Assembly: GCA_944389495.1 (NCBI GenBank)
Contig: CALXMN010000003.1
Coordinates: 10,862-74,861 of the forward strand
DNA: 64,000 nucleotides
Reading direction: 5' to 3'
From: an uncultured Alphaproteobacteria bacterium
GTDB taxonomy: Bacteria > Pseudomonadota > Alphaproteobacteria > Rs-D84
Shown here in pieces: positions 28,016-38,237 of the stretch. Under the pieces are notes generated by a model. It worked only from the letters and a program-made list of their open reading frames with translations, did not search any database and was not told the origin of the DNA. A program made the translations under genes and the position numbers. Every line of letters starts with the position of its first letter. Within the stretch, counting starts at the first letter, position 1.

Positions 28016-28726
28016 ATGTGTAAAATGAACCGTTCTTGTATAAGATTTTTTGGATATATTTTTGCCGGGATTACGTCGCTGATGGGGCGTATTAATAATG
28101 CCACTGCGGGACAAATAGGTAATACTTACTATGAAACAATTGTAAACCAAGTCCAGGCATATGGTTCAAGGTGTCGCAGCATAATTCAAGAATTATGCCC
28201 CGGCGCATACTGCAACGATTTTTCTGTTGATGGTTATGAATGTCGCGGTGATGGTTCGGGAATAATTTGTAACTCGCAATGGGTTTTTGCATATCGCAAT
28301 GCCGATTATACAGATGATATGGGGGTATATGCTTCTGATTCAAACAGTGACGGATGTCATTATACGGAATATGGAATGTGGAACAATTTTTCGCATTATG
28401 AATTTGATTCGTGTGTATTCGGTTCATATATTACAACGTCATCTATCCCGTCAAGAATTTATAATCTTTCCCAGATGGAACAATATTGCGCCCCGTGTTC
28501 GGGCCTTGATTATCGTGATGGTCAATTTATTACATATGACCCCAGTGGCGCGTTAAGCAGCAACTTTTTTTCTTGGTATTCACTGAATACCAGTAATCCA
28601 AATTCCCAGGTTGGAATAACAACCTGTCGCGCAGACCAAAATTATAGCGCCGGGGAACTTGAATTTTCGGATTCGTCGGGGCACGGAACAATTACAATTC
28701 CTATAAGTTGCACATATGTTGAATAG
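28016..28726 (+). CDS. Large Cys-rich secreted protein (about 236 aa). Hypothetical.
   Basis: Hydrophobic N-terminus with many Cys. Shares the YTDDMGVY...YTEYGMWNNFSHYEFDSC motif with family B. Followed by a glycosyltransferase gene. Confidence 0.5.
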   Translation: MCKMNRSCIRFFGYIFAGITSLMGRINNATAGQIGNTYYETIVNQVQAYGSRCRSIIQELCPGAYCNDFSVDGYECRGDGSGIICNSQWVFAYRNADYTDDMGVYASDSNSDGCHYTEYGMWNNFSHYEFDSCVFGSYITTSSIPSRIYNLSQMEQYCAPCSGLDYRDGQFITYDPSGALSSNFFSWYSLNTSNPNSQVGITTCRADQNYSAGELEFSDSSGHGTITIPISCTYVE

Positions 28727-28735
28727 GGTTTATTT

Positions 28736-29830
28736 ATGTCGTGCAAAATAAATGTTCTGGAAATTGATGCGCGTGATACAAATATGCAAAGTGGTATTGC
28801 GCGCTATATGGATGTTCTGGATGAATGTATGCCGGCATACGTTAATACATATCGCGTAATTTTTTATCGTGATGCAAACACCCAAGATGTGCAAATAAAA
28901 TTTTCTGGTAAAGAATTATCGATACGTCATCCATTAAATTTTCCACATCATACTTTGTTCGAACCCGTATTTGCAATGCTGGCCCCGATGCTGGGAAATA
29001 TGCAAAACATTATTGTAAAGTGCAATTGTTTGGGGCTCGAGTCATTTGTATACCTTGTTCGTAATCGTATTTGTTGCAAGACCATTGGAATTGTACACTG
29101 TATGCCGCCAATGCCAACCGTGTCGAATAATATCAGAACAAAAAATCCATTTTTCAATATGGATTATATAATTTTGGTTGCACCAAATGGGGCGCAATGG
29201 CTTAAATACGTTAACAATACACGGCCGTCCAGGATAATTGCCAATGGCATTCCAAAACCGATAATTTCGAACGCCAACCCCCAGGATGGTGTTTTCAGAT
29301 TTATATTTGCAAACGGATTGTCTGTGAACAAGGGTTTGGCAAAAATCATTCCTGCAATACGTCGGGTTGCCCAAAAACATAAACTGGAAGTAATGGTATT
29401 GGGTGGTGGCGGTACAAAAGACCAGGTTTTCGATGTATCTGATTTACCAATAAAGTTTATGGGGTATATATCCGATAAACAAAAATTAGCAGATATTTAT
29501 GCGAACTCTGATTGTGCATTGTTTGCATCCCGGTCCGAGGCCTGTTCTTTTGCCGGTATCGAGGCATTGGCATATAATCTGCCAATTATATCGGGACGTG
29601 CCACGGGATTAACCGAAATGTTTGATGGCGTTGCCAAGTTAATAGATTTCTTGCCGAATGGCGAAATTAATGTTGAACAATACGCCGATGCGATGATGGC
29701 GGTTATTGAAAATTCGCGTTTACGTAAAAAGATGGCGGTTTTATCATATTCGCGATATGTTTCGCGATATACCGCCGGGCGAATGATTCAAAAAACATTA
29801 AAATTGTACAAACAGGTTCTTGGTATATAA
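28736..29830 (+). CDS. Glycosyltransferase family 4 (GT-B fold)
   Basis: C-terminal GT4 signature ...FASRSEACSFAGIEALAYNLPIISGRATGLTEM. Confidence 0.75.
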   Translation: MSCKINVLEIDARDTNMQSGIARYMDVLDECMPAYVNTYRVIFYRDANTQDVQIKFSGKELSIRHPLNFPHHTLFEPVFAMLAPMLGNMQNIIVKCNCLGLESFVYLVRNRICCKTIGIVHCMPPMPTVSNNIRTKNPFFNMDYIILVAPNGAQWLKYVNNTRPSRIIANGIPKPIISNANPQDGVFRFIFANGLSVNKGLAKIIPAIRRVAQKHKLEVMVLGGGGTKDQVFDVSDLPIKFMGYISDKQKLADIYANSDCALFASRSEACSFAGIEALAYNLPIISGRATGLTEMFDGVAKLIDFLPNGEINVEQYADAMMAVIENSRLRKKMAVLSYSRYVSRYTAGRMIQKTLKLYKQVLGI

Positions 29831-29980
29831 TTTTACTTGATTTTCTGCAAAAAACAATATAAACTGAAGCCCGCTGGATAACCAGAACTGAATAAGCAAT
29901 ATGTATTTTGGTCATATTGTCGATAAGGATTCTGTGAAATGTCTGGCACCAAAAAAACCAAAAACAAAAGGATATTAATT

Positions 29981-30613
29981 ATGGCAAGAGCAGGCGCAAA
30001 ACGCAGCACAAGAAAGTTAAAAATCGGCCGCAGTTTGGGCGTAAACCTGTGGGGTCAGGCAAAGTCCCCATTTAATAAACGTAAATATAAACCGGGCCAG
30101 CACGGTCCAACATCCCGTGGTGGTAATTCGTCTGATTACGCAAAACAGATGCGCGCAAAGCAGACGTTAAAGGGATATTACGGCAATGTCGGCGAAAAGA
30201 AATTCCGTGCATATTATCTCGAGGCATCTAATATGCGTGGCGACACACCGGATAATTTGATTGGCTTGCTGGAACGTCGTTTAGATGCGGTTGTTTATCG
30301 TGCAAAATTGGCGCCGACGGTTTTTTCGGCCCGTCAATTGGTCAGCCACGGTCACATCTTTGTTAACGGTAAACGCGTTAAAATCGCATCTTACCAGGTA
30401 AAGCCGGGCGATGTCATCACGGTCAGTGAAAAGGCAAAGCAAATGCCGTTGGTTGTATTGGCTTTGGAATCTGCCGAACGTCAATGGCCGGACTATATCA
30501 ATGTGGACAGCGCGAACTTTACCGCGACATTTACGCGCGTACCTTTGTTCGAAGATGTTCCATATCCTGTCCAGATGTTTCCGGAATTGGTCGTCGAATT
30601 CTATTCTCGTTAA
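29981..30613 (+). CDS. rpsD: 30S ribosomal protein S4
   Basis: [25 protein letters not shown]...[11 protein letters not shown]... with S4 domain. RBS aaaagga. The ORF-track start at 29939 is an extension. Confidence 0.9.
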   Translation: MARAGAKRSTRKLKIGRSLGVNLWGQAKSPFNKRKYKPGQHGPTSRGGNSSDYAKQMRAKQTLKGYYGNVGEKKFRAYYLEASNMRGDTPDNLIGLLERRLDAVVYRAKLAPTVFSARQLVSHGHIFVNGKRVKIASYQVKPGDVITVSEKAKQMPLVVLALESAERQWPDYINVDSANFTATFTRVPLFEDVPYPVQMFPELVVEFYSR

Positions 30614-30619
30614 TAATAA

Positions 30620-30660
30620 ACGTGAAAGATTTAATCCCACCGATTCCGGTGGGATTTCTT
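30620..30660 (+). terminator. Intrinsic terminator after rpsD
   Basis: aatcccaccgattccggtgggatttcttttt. Confidence 0.5.
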
Positions 30661-30715
30661 TTTACTGGTAAAACCCAAACAAACGTTTTATCATACAACG
30701 CAAAGGATTTTTACA

Positions 30716-31771
30716 ATGTCACAATCAAATGATATTATTTTAACCGGTGTTCGTCCGACGGGGCCACTGCATATTGGCCATATGGTTGGCGCACTGATAC
30801 CTAATATTGAAATCCAGAACGCGGGCGGATACAAAAAAATGTATGCGATGATTGCAGATGCCCAGGGGTTAACCGATAACTTTGATAATCCCGAACGTGT
30901 GCGTGAAAATGTTATGGAAATTGCACTGGATATGTTGGCAACGGGATACAATCCGGAAAAGACAACAATGTTTATTCAGTCCGAAGTATCGGAATTAACC
31001 GAATTAACTTTTTATTATATGAATTTGGTAACGGTTGCACGGCTGCAGCGTAACCCGACGGTAAAGACCGAAATTGCCCAAAAAGAAAAATTTAGCGGTG
31101 GTGTTCCGGTTGGATTCTTTACATATCCAATATCGCAAACGGCGGATATAACGGCGTTTGATGCGAACGTTGTGCCCGTGGGTGATGACCAGTTACCTAT
31201 GCTTGAACAGGCGGCTGAAATTGTGCATAAATTTAATAGCATTTATGGTGAAACATTAACAATGCCACGTGCGGTTGTGCCCAAGACGAAATCGGCCGCA
31301 CGGCTGCCGGGGATTGATGGTAACGCGAAAATGAGCAAATCATTGAATAACGGAATTTATCTGAAAGATTCCGCCGATGAAATTGCGGCTAAGGTTATGT
31401 CTATGTACACCGATCCAAATCATTTACGCATAGAAGATGCCGGCAACACAACAGAAAACCCGGTATTTATATATTTATCTGTTTTCGCAAAGCCGGAACA
31501 TTTCACGGCATTTTTACCAGAGTACAAGGATTACGCAGAATTGGCGGCACATTATGAACGTGGCGGCCTGGGCGATGTCAAGGTTAAAAAGTTTTTAAAT
31601 TCGGTTATGCAGGAAACGTTACGGCCAATTCGTGAACGTCGCGAAGCATTGGCGCGTGATACTGCATCCGTTATGGAAATATTGCGTCGTGGCACGGTTG
31701 ATGCGCGTAATGCCGCGGACGAAACGGTAAAACGTGTAAAGCGCGCAATGAAATTAAATTATTTTGATTAA
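30716..31771 (+). CDS. trpS: Tryptophan--tRNA ligase
   Basis: Class I motifs: TGVRPTGPLHIGH (HIGH) and KMSKS. Confidence 0.9.
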   Translation: MSQSNDIILTGVRPTGPLHIGHMVGALIPNIEIQNAGGYKKMYAMIADAQGLTDNFDNPERVRENVMEIALDMLATGYNPEKTTMFIQSEVSELTELTFYYMNLVTVARLQRNPTVKTEIAQKEKFSGGVPVGFFTYPISQTADITAFDANVVPVGDDQLPMLEQAAEIVHKFNSIYGETLTMPRAVVPKTKSAARLPGIDGNAKMSKSLNNGIYLKDSADEIAAKVMSMYTDPNHLRIEDAGNTTENPVFIYLSVFAKPEHFTAFLPEYKDYAELAAHYERGGLGDVKVKKFLNSVMQETLRPIRERREALARDTASVMEILRRGTVDARNAADETVKRVKRAMKLNYFD

Positions 31772-31797
31772 TATATTAACGGGAAAGGAGAGCAAAA

Positions 31798-32541
31798 ATG
31801 AAAAACGCATTAATTTGGACGGGCAGTGTAATTGGTGCCGGTGCCGTATTGGCGTTATTGTTTGGTTGGCTGGAAAGACCGGATACGCCGCGCATAATAT
31901 CTGTTAATGGCGAATGTTTGACATCCGCGCCCAAGGACAGAACGGCAATAACATTACGCGTAACCACACTGGATAAATCAGCCGCCACGTCTATGAAGAT
32001 GGCAACGGCCAAAATTAACGAAATCACAAATTATTTGAAAACCCAAGATGTCCAGATGCAGACCACAGAATTTAATTCGTATGAACGGTCTGAATGGAAT
32101 CGTGAACTGGAAAAGTCTGTTGTATTGGGTACGGAAACAACCATAGCAATAGAGGTTTCAGCCACCAATATTGAAACGATTGAAAAGATATTAACGCAAT
32201 TCGCCGGGCAAGAAGATGTGTATTCTGAAAATCTGCGTATGTACACCAGTGCCGAGGCAATGAAACCAATTCTGGAAGATTGCCTTGGGGCGGCGGTTGA
32301 AAATGCGCGCGAACGTGCAAATGCACTGGCGGCGGGCGATGGCCGTACCGCCGGCAAGATGTTAAGTGCATCGTACAGTTTGGGCGGTTCGTCATCGGTT
32401 CAACCACGTGCGTCGAATTTCTTGACCGCGTCTGCCAAAATGGCCGTTGCCGATGCCGAGGCTTTTTCCGCCGCCGGCAGCATTGTTGCCAAGGATACCG
32501 AGGTTTCTGTTACTGTATCCGCAACATTTGAAATTAAATAG
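31798..32541 (+). CDS. SIMPL-domain (DUF541 / YggE-like) protein
   Basis: N-terminal TM segment. The ...TASAKMAVADAEA...VSATFEIK C-terminus is typical of the SIMPL/BP26 family. Confidence 0.7.
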   Translation: MKNALIWTGSVIGAGAVLALLFGWLERPDTPRIISVNGECLTSAPKDRTAITLRVTTLDKSAATSMKMATAKINEITNYLKTQDVQMQTTEFNSYERSEWNRELEKSVVLGTETTIAIEVSATNIETIEKILTQFAGQEDVYSENLRMYTSAEAMKPILEDCLGAAVENARERANALAAGDGRTAGKMLSASYSLGGSSSVQPRASNFLTASAKMAVADAEAFSAAGSIVAKDTEVSVTVSATFEIK

Positions 32542-32543
32542 TT

Positions 32544-33464
32544 ATGATGAACGAGTACGTTGTCGACTTTGTTAATTATTTGACACAGACGAAAAATTAT
32601 TCTGTGCATACGGCAACGTCGTATGAAATGGACATCTGCGACTTTATAAAGTTTTATAATAATTATATTGGCGCAGATGTTTCGTTATCGGACCTTGCGC
32701 GTGCCGATACAATTTGTTTTCGTGCGTGGTTGGCGGATCGGTCGCGTCGAAATTTGGCGCATAAGTCAACCGCGCGTGCATTATCGTCTTTACGCGGATT
32801 TTATAAATTCTTGGCCAAGCGTTACGGTGTGCAAAATAATGCAATTGGTTTAATTTCTTCGCCCAAGGTTCCGCGTAAATTATCCAAGGCCATCGATGTT
32901 GCCGATGTTAAACAGATGCACGATGCCATTCGTGAAATTGACGAACGTGAACCGTGGATTGCCGCGCGTGATTGGGCGTTGGTTTTATTGATGTTTGGAT
33001 GCGGCCTGCGCATATCCGAGGCATTATCTTTAAAAAATACAGATGTTCGCGGACGTCCCGATTCTTTGCGTATTTTGGGCAAAGGCGCCAAGGAACGAAT
33101 TGTTCCCGTATTGCCGGCCGTATTGGATGCGATTGAAAAATATATTGCTGTGCGTCCATTTGGCAATGCGCCCGAAGACAAGTTGTTTCGCAGTATCCGT
33201 GGTTTGCCTATGTCGCCGCGTATGGCCGAAAAAGTTATCGAAAAATTGCGCCATTATTTACAGTTGCCCGATTATGTAACCCCGCACGCGTTGCGTCATA
33301 CTTTTGCGACGGCTTTGTTGGCGGGTGGGGCGGATTTACGTAGCCTCCAGGAATTATTGGGGCATTCGTCTATATCCACGACCCAATTATATACGCGTGT
33401 AAATATGTCAGAAATAATGAATGTTTACGAACACGCCCACCCATTGGCCGATTCCGATGAATAA
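32544..33464 (+). CDS. xerD: Tyrosine recombinase XerC/XerD
   Basis: HALRHTFATALLAGGADLRSLQELLGHSSISTTQLYTRV, with catalytic R..HxxR..Y. Confidence 0.8.
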   Translation: MMNEYVVDFVNYLTQTKNYSVHTATSYEMDICDFIKFYNNYIGADVSLSDLARADTICFRAWLADRSRRNLAHKSTARALSSLRGFYKFLAKRYGVQNNAIGLISSPKVPRKLSKAIDVADVKQMHDAIREIDEREPWIAARDWALVLLMFGCGLRISEALSLKNTDVRGRPDSLRILGKGAKERIVPVLPAVLDAIEKYIAVRPFGNAPEDKLFRSIRGLPMSPRMAEKVIEKLRHYLQLPDYVTPHALRHTFATALLAGGADLRSLQELLGHSSISTTQLYTRVNMSEIMNVYEHAHPLADSDE

Positions 33465-33520
33465 GGGCGGGTGTCCATATTGAATACCGTGGTAATGCAA
33501 AGATAATGCATCATAGTTTT

Positions 33521-34282
33521 TTATTTTTTACCGGATTCAAAATCAGCCGGTTTTTTATCCAGTTTCTTTGTCCATTCGTTATCCGGGAAATTTAATCGCA
33601 ACATTTCTGCATATCCATATGCCTGTTCTGGCAGGCCAATCGCGGTATAGCATTCGGTCAGCCGATATAAAGCCTCGGGCGTCATAACGGTTTCTTGGGC
33701 CGTCTGAACGACGGATTGCAGACGTGAAATTGCACTGGGCCAATTTTTGCGCGCCATATCCGCGCGTGCGGAATACATTGCCTTGCCTGCGACATAATTT
33801 TTCAAGATGTTTATTTTGTTTTCTGCATTTTTTGCATACTGGGACTTTGGAAAACGGTCAACCAGTTGTTGGAACTGTTGCAGTGCATATGCCGACATTC
33901 CGGGCTCGCGACGAACATCGCTGACCTGGCGATAATAGCACATTCCGCGCAGATACAGCATATACGGCACATCACGGTGTCCCGGATGAAAACGCATAAA
34001 ACGATCAACGGTCATAATTGCACCGGCAAAGTCATCATCCAAATATTGTGAATATGCCGCCATAACCAATGCATCTGCGGCCCACGCACTGGACGGGTAT
34101 TGATTTTCCGCCTGTAAAAATTCTGTGGCGGCGGATTCATAATCTTCGTCATAAAATTCTTCATATGCAGATTTATATATTTCCGCCAAACTGCGTTCAA
34201 TCGTTATATCATTATCGGTTCCGGCGCACGCCCCCAATACGGTCGTTACCCCCAGTAAAGCAAATATTTTTTTTATGTGCAT
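33521..34282 (-). CDS. bamD: Outer membrane protein assembly factor BamD (TPR lipoprotein)
   Basis: Lipobox LGACAG, TPR repeats and a YkuD/ComL-like pattern. Confidence 0.7.
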   Translation of the reverse strand: MHIKKIFALLGVTTVLGACAGTDNDITIERSLAEIYKSAYEEFYDEDYESAATEFLQAENQYPSSAWAADALVMAAYSQYLDDDFAGAIMTVDRFMRFHPGHRDVPYMLYLRGMCYYRQVSDVRREPGMSAYALQQFQQLVDRFPKSQYAKNAENKINILKNYVAGKAMYSARADMARKNWPSAISRLQSVVQTAQETVMTPEALYRLTECYTAIGLPEQAYGYAEMLRLNFPDNEWTKKLDKKPADFESGKK

Positions 34283-34328
34283 ATTCCTGCCTTGATTTTA
34301 TTTCTTAATCAGCAGTATAATCGAAACT

Positions 34329-35789
34329 ATGAAACTAGGCAAACATATTTTCGGGGTCAGTGTTATGACAGGAATCAGTCGTGTTTTTGGATTCCTGCGT
34401 GACTTGTTAATTGCGCACGTGTTTGGTGCGGGGCGCCTGTCGGATATATTTTTGGCGGCATTCAAATTGCCAAATTTGTTTCGTGATTTATTGGGCGAAG
34501 GCGCATTGTCATCAATTTTTATCCCTATGTACACAGATCGTAACAAGGATGAAAATTTTGCCAAGAATGTATTTTCGTGGTTAATGATGATATTGCTTGG
34601 CATTACGCTGCTGTTCGAAGTGTTTATGCCAATCGTTGTGTGGATATTGGCACCGGGTTTTGCCGACGATCCGGGCAAGATGCAGTTAACCGTAACAATA
34701 TCGCGAATAATGTTTTGGTATGTCGTGTTTATATGTGCGTCTGCATTTTTGTCGGCAATATTAAACGCATTTTCACGTTTTTTGTTGGTGGCGTTTATGC
34801 CGGTGTTGTTGAACATAATGCTTATTGGTGCGTTATTAATGGCGGCGTGGTTTGCGCCAGAAACAGTTTTGTACATTATGGCGTTTACGGTGGTGCTGTC
34901 TGGGATTGTTCAGTTATGGATTTTATGGTCGCGCATCCGCCGACATCATTTTGGATTACGGCTGGTGCGGCCGCGATGGACGCCCGCGATACGCAGTATG
35001 TTTCGTCGTCTGGGGATAAGTATTATTGGTAACGGTTTTTATCAGATAACAATCATTGTTGGCACCTTGGTGGCCAGTTTCCAGAACGGTGCGGTATCGT
35101 GGCTGTATTATTCTGACCGAATGATCCAGTTACCATTTGCCTTGATTGGATTGGCGGTTGGAACGGTGTTAATATCATCGATTTCAAATGCGATGGCTGA
35201 AAAAAATATGCGCAGCGTTTATATCCAGCAAAATTCGTCTATGCGACAATCTATGATGTTGATAATTCCGTGTGTTGTTGGGTTGTTCGTTCTTGCGGAA
35301 CCGATTATAAGATGTTTGTTTGAATACGGTGCGTGGACACCCGAATCAACGCACGCGGTCGCGATGGCAATGATGATCCAGGTTCTGGTTCTGCCGGCAA
35401 TGATGATAAGCCAGATTTACAGTAAAACACTTTACGCATCCCAAGATGTTCGCACGCCGGTCAGAACCAGTATTATATCACTGGGGGTGGCGGCATTAAT
35501 TTATATTTCTGCGTTTCACTTTATCGGATATTTGGCCATACCGGTCGGCATAGTGGCCAGTGGTTATTTAAAGAACTATTTATTGCATCGTGCGTGCTAT
35601 CGTCGTGGTTTGATACATATTGAATCGCGTACGCGTCGCGCAATTGCGGCATTTACTGTACTGGCCGTCATAATGGGGTGCGGGCTGTGGTTTGTGCCTG
35701 TTCCGAATATTTGGATGTTGTTCGTTGCGATTGGTGGCTTTGCGGTAATTTATATGCCAATTGCATATTTGATTGACAGAAAAATATAG
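34329..35789 (+). CDS. murJ: Lipid II flippase MurJ
   Basis: 486 aa, polytopic. N-terminus FGFLRDLLIAHVFGAG...DIFLAAFKLPNLFRDLLGEGALSSIFIP. Confidence 0.85.
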   Translation: MKLGKHIFGVSVMTGISRVFGFLRDLLIAHVFGAGRLSDIFLAAFKLPNLFRDLLGEGALSSIFIPMYTDRNKDENFAKNVFSWLMMILLGITLLFEVFMPIVVWILAPGFADDPGKMQLTVTISRIMFWYVVFICASAFLSAILNAFSRFLLVAFMPVLLNIMLIGALLMAAWFAPETVLYIMAFTVVLSGIVQLWILWSRIRRHHFGLRLVRPRWTPAIRSMFRRLGISIIGNGFYQITIIVGTLVASFQNGAVSWLYYSDRMIQLPFALIGLAVGTVLISSISNAMAEKNMRSVYIQQNSSMRQSMMLIIPCVVGLFVLAEPIIRCLFEYGAWTPESTHAVAMAMMIQVLVLPAMMISQIYSKTLYASQDVRTPVRTSIISLGVAALIYISAFHFIGYLAIPVGIVASGYLKNYLLHRACYRRGLIHIESRTRRAIAAFTVLAVIMGCGLWFVPVPNIWMLFVAIGGFAVIYMPIAYLIDRKI

Positions 35790-35860
35790 TCAAAATAAAG
35801 TTGAAAGCGGACTTTTTATATGATAAAATTTAATCATAAATGAATGTAAGGAGTCCCATA

Positions 35861-36784
35861 ATGAAAAAAATAATATCTTTGGCTGTATTGGCGGCTATGT
35901 TTGCGGGGTGCACGGATCTTAGTACTACCACAGATACCAGTGGCGTAAACGGCTATGCGGCCGACGGTTTCGGTGAAGAAACATTAATCACAACGGATGA
36001 ATCGTTAAATAATACATATTTGTTGGCGCCGGCCCCCAAATATTATGTGGGCAGTGCGTACAAGGTCGAAGATGTACAATACATCCCGGTTGAAGATTTA
36101 ACATATAATCAAACCGGTATTGCGGGCATTATCCCGGCGGAATTAAACGGAACAAAAACCAGTAATGGCGAAGTATTTGATATGAACCAAATGGTCGCCA
36201 CCAGCAAGACGTTACCATTACCAACAATTGCGCGTGTAACAAATCTGGACAATGGTCAATCGGTTGTTGTTCGTGTAAATAATCGCGGTCCATTTGTAAA
36301 TACCCGCATTATGGATTTGTCACCGGCCGCGGCCCAGAAAATTGGTATGAATGGTCAAACCAAGGTCCAGGTCCAGGTTATGGCCAACGAATCTGTTGCG
36401 GTTAAAAATGCAACGATTGGTGCGACGGCTCCGGCGCAACAGCCGGCTGTTCAGCCCGCACCGACCCAAACCGTTGAAACAACAACTGTTGTAACGACAA
36501 CCACGGCACCGGATGCCGCCGCCCCGGTGGCCCAGACGGCGGGTGGTGATTACAGTGTCCAGATTGCCGCATTTTATGCCCAGGACAGCGCGGATTCATT
36601 GGCGGCCCGTATGGCAAAATATGGTAATGCCGTTGTTGTGCAAGAGGGGGATATGTACAAAGTACGCATAGTTAATCTGGATGCGGCCCAGGCGCGTGGT
36701 GTAATTGATGCGCTTCGTAACAACGAAGGTATGGCACCCGGTCTGTTGCGAAACGGCCGTTGGGTTAACGCCGACAGCATTTAA
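35861..36784 (+). CDS. rlpA: Septal ring lytic transglycosylase RlpA (DPBB domain + C-terminal SPOR domain)
   Basis: GEVFDMNQMVATSKTLPLPTIARVTNLDNGQSVVVRVNNRGPF and SPOR (YSVQIAAFYAQDSADSLAARMAKYG...). RBS aaggag. Confidence 0.8.
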   Translation: MKKIISLAVLAAMFAGCTDLSTTTDTSGVNGYAADGFGEETLITTDESLNNTYLLAPAPKYYVGSAYKVEDVQYIPVEDLTYNQTGIAGIIPAELNGTKTSNGEVFDMNQMVATSKTLPLPTIARVTNLDNGQSVVVRVNNRGPFVNTRIMDLSPAAAQKIGMNGQTKVQVQVMANESVAVKNATIGATAPAQQPAVQPAPTQTVETTTVVTTTTAPDAAAPVAQTAGGDYSVQIAAFYAQDSADSLAARMAKYGNAVVVQEGDMYKVRIVNLDAAQARGVIDALRNNEGMAPGLLRNGRWVNADSI

Positions 36785-36810
36785 AAACGGGGCTTTGCCC
36801 CGTTTTTGTT
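36784..36810 (+). terminator. Intrinsic terminator after rlpA
   Basis: aaaaacggggctttgccccgtttttg. Confidence 0.55.
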
Positions 36811-36991
36811 AGGGGGCAGAGTATAGAGTACAAATGTTGGCCGCGTCCGAGTGGGTGCGTTTTTTTATTTACTGGATCGTCACATAGTTACTCGTGTTTT
36901 TTTTGTATGCGTGTGTCGCTCGGACGCGTTGCGTCCTGTGCGTATCCTCGGTATTTGTTCAAACTGCGCTATCGCTTGTTTTCACATACTC

Positions 36992-37300
36992 GGATTCATT
37001 GCGAGCCACGTTAGTGGCGCGGCAATCCTGTAAATAAAAAAGTACCGCGGGCATCGCCCGCAGACATAATAAAACTGGATTGCTTCGTTTTACTCGCAAT
37101 GACAATGTACTTATGCAGCCGTTGTTTCCTATAGTTGTACAACTTTTGCCTTTCCTCTTGTTATTGCGAGCCACACAGTGGCGTGGCAATCCATAATACG
37201 GTATTTGCCGCCGCAAATAAGTTTATAATAACTGGATCGCCACGGTCGTTACACTCCCTCGCGATGACAAGGGTGGGGGACACTGGCACCACCAGTGCGT
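36992..37300. repeat. MITE-like TTGTCATTGCGAG-type palindromic element array, part of the segmental duplication
   Basis: Homologous to 25869-26235, with point differences. Some differences are compensatory within hairpins. Confidence 0.6.
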
Positions 37301-37320
37301 CACGTTACGGGATGACGGAA

Positions 37321-37608
37321 TTATTCCAGCGGACAGGCCTGGTCAAATTCATATGTGCCGTATGTGTCTGTGTATTCTGTATATGCCGGTGCATACATAA
37401 TGTACGAACCCGCGGGTGACGAAATCAGACAACTGGTTGCAGTGCCGGCGGATGTGTAACCCGATGGGCACGAACCATCCGCAATATCCATATGTTCTTC
37501 CACCACCGTGACATATCCCGATGGACACGAAGTGGACGGCGCGGCGGCAAATGATGCACACGGCACAATCGCCATAATTAAAACCGATATTCGTTTCATA
37601 TTCGCCAC
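37321..37608 (-). CDS. Family B small secreted Cys-rich protein (copy 5)
   Basis: MANMKRISVLIMAIVPCASFAAAPSTSCPSGYVTVVEEHMDIADGSCPSGYTSAGTATSCLISSPAGSYIMYAPAYTEYTDTYGTYEFDQACPLE. Confidence 0.6.
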   Translation of the reverse strand: MANMKRISVLIMAIVPCASFAAAPSTSCPSGYVTVVEEHMDIADGSCPSGYTSAGTATSCLISSPAGSYIMYAPAYTEYTDTYGTYEFDQACPLE

Positions 37609-37614
37609 TCCAAT

Positions 37615-38040
37615 TTAGTCAGACAGATTACTGAACAACGCGGACCGTGTTGTTTCATTGGCACGGATAATGCTAGCACAATAATTACTACAAGAAGAGC
37701 AAGTCATAGCAGCGGAAACAGGGCCATTTATTACACCAAAGTATACCCATTGCGATACTGCGGGACTAATCATTCTGCACCAACAATACTCATTTGAATC
37801 AATTGAAGAAGCCATAGATAATGAAGTTGCCGTTGCGCCAAGGTCTTCGCCTTTTTGGTTGCTACAAAATGAAACGCCGCTGACAGACACGCCATTACAA
37901 GTCATAGACCAATCTGACCCTTTGCCGGAAACGTTTGAACACGTTGTTGATGACGTTAATTTTACGCATTTGGTAACGGCAAACGCCGGTGGGATTGTGG
38001 CCGCGCACAGCAGGCCGGCAATTAATAAATATTTTTTCAT
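37615..38040 (-). CDS. Family A secreted Cys-rich protein (copy 5)
   Basis: RBS aggagg. MKKYLLIAGLLCAATIPPAFAVTKCVKLTSSTTC...NEYCWCRMISPAVSQWVY...TTRSALFSNLSD. The ORF-track N-terminal extension is spurious. Confidence 0.6.
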   Translation of the reverse strand: MKKYLLIAGLLCAATIPPAFAVTKCVKLTSSTTCSNVSGKGSDWSMTCNGVSVSGVSFCSNQKGEDLGATATSLSMASSIDSNEYCWCRMISPAVSQWVYFGVINGPVSAAMTCSSCSNYCASIIRANETTRSALFSNLSD

Positions 38041-38049
38041 TCTAAACCT

Positions 38050-38165
38050 CCTTGTTTTCATTGCGAATGAAAAAACCACCAAATTTAAGGTGGTTGGAGG
38101 TTCATAGCTATATCAGGTATAGTGTGCTTATTCTATATATTCGCAACCCTCCAACCCGAAAGTGG
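38050..38165 (-). promoter_or_regulatory. Conserved structured leader of A copy 5
   Basis: Near-identical to 26962-27078. Confidence 0.45.
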
Positions 38166-38207
38166 AGGTGATTTTTTATGTCATCTCTGACAATTACAAA
38201 GGGCTAC

Positions 38208-38237
38208 TACACCCCATCAGTGAATACCCACTGACGG
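38208..38237. promoter_or_regulatory. Conserved palindromic upstream motif, variant TACACCCCATCAGTGAATACCCACTGACGG (A copy 5)
   Basis: The inverted repeat changes from CAATGG/CCATTG to CAGTG/CACTG. The palindrome is kept. Confidence 0.45.

Noticed and set aside
38041-38082. N-terminal extension MVVFSFAMKTRRFRM of A copy 5
   Set aside because: It is translation of the conserved leader hairpin and RBS region. The homologous start, MKKYLL, follows the RBS aggagg.
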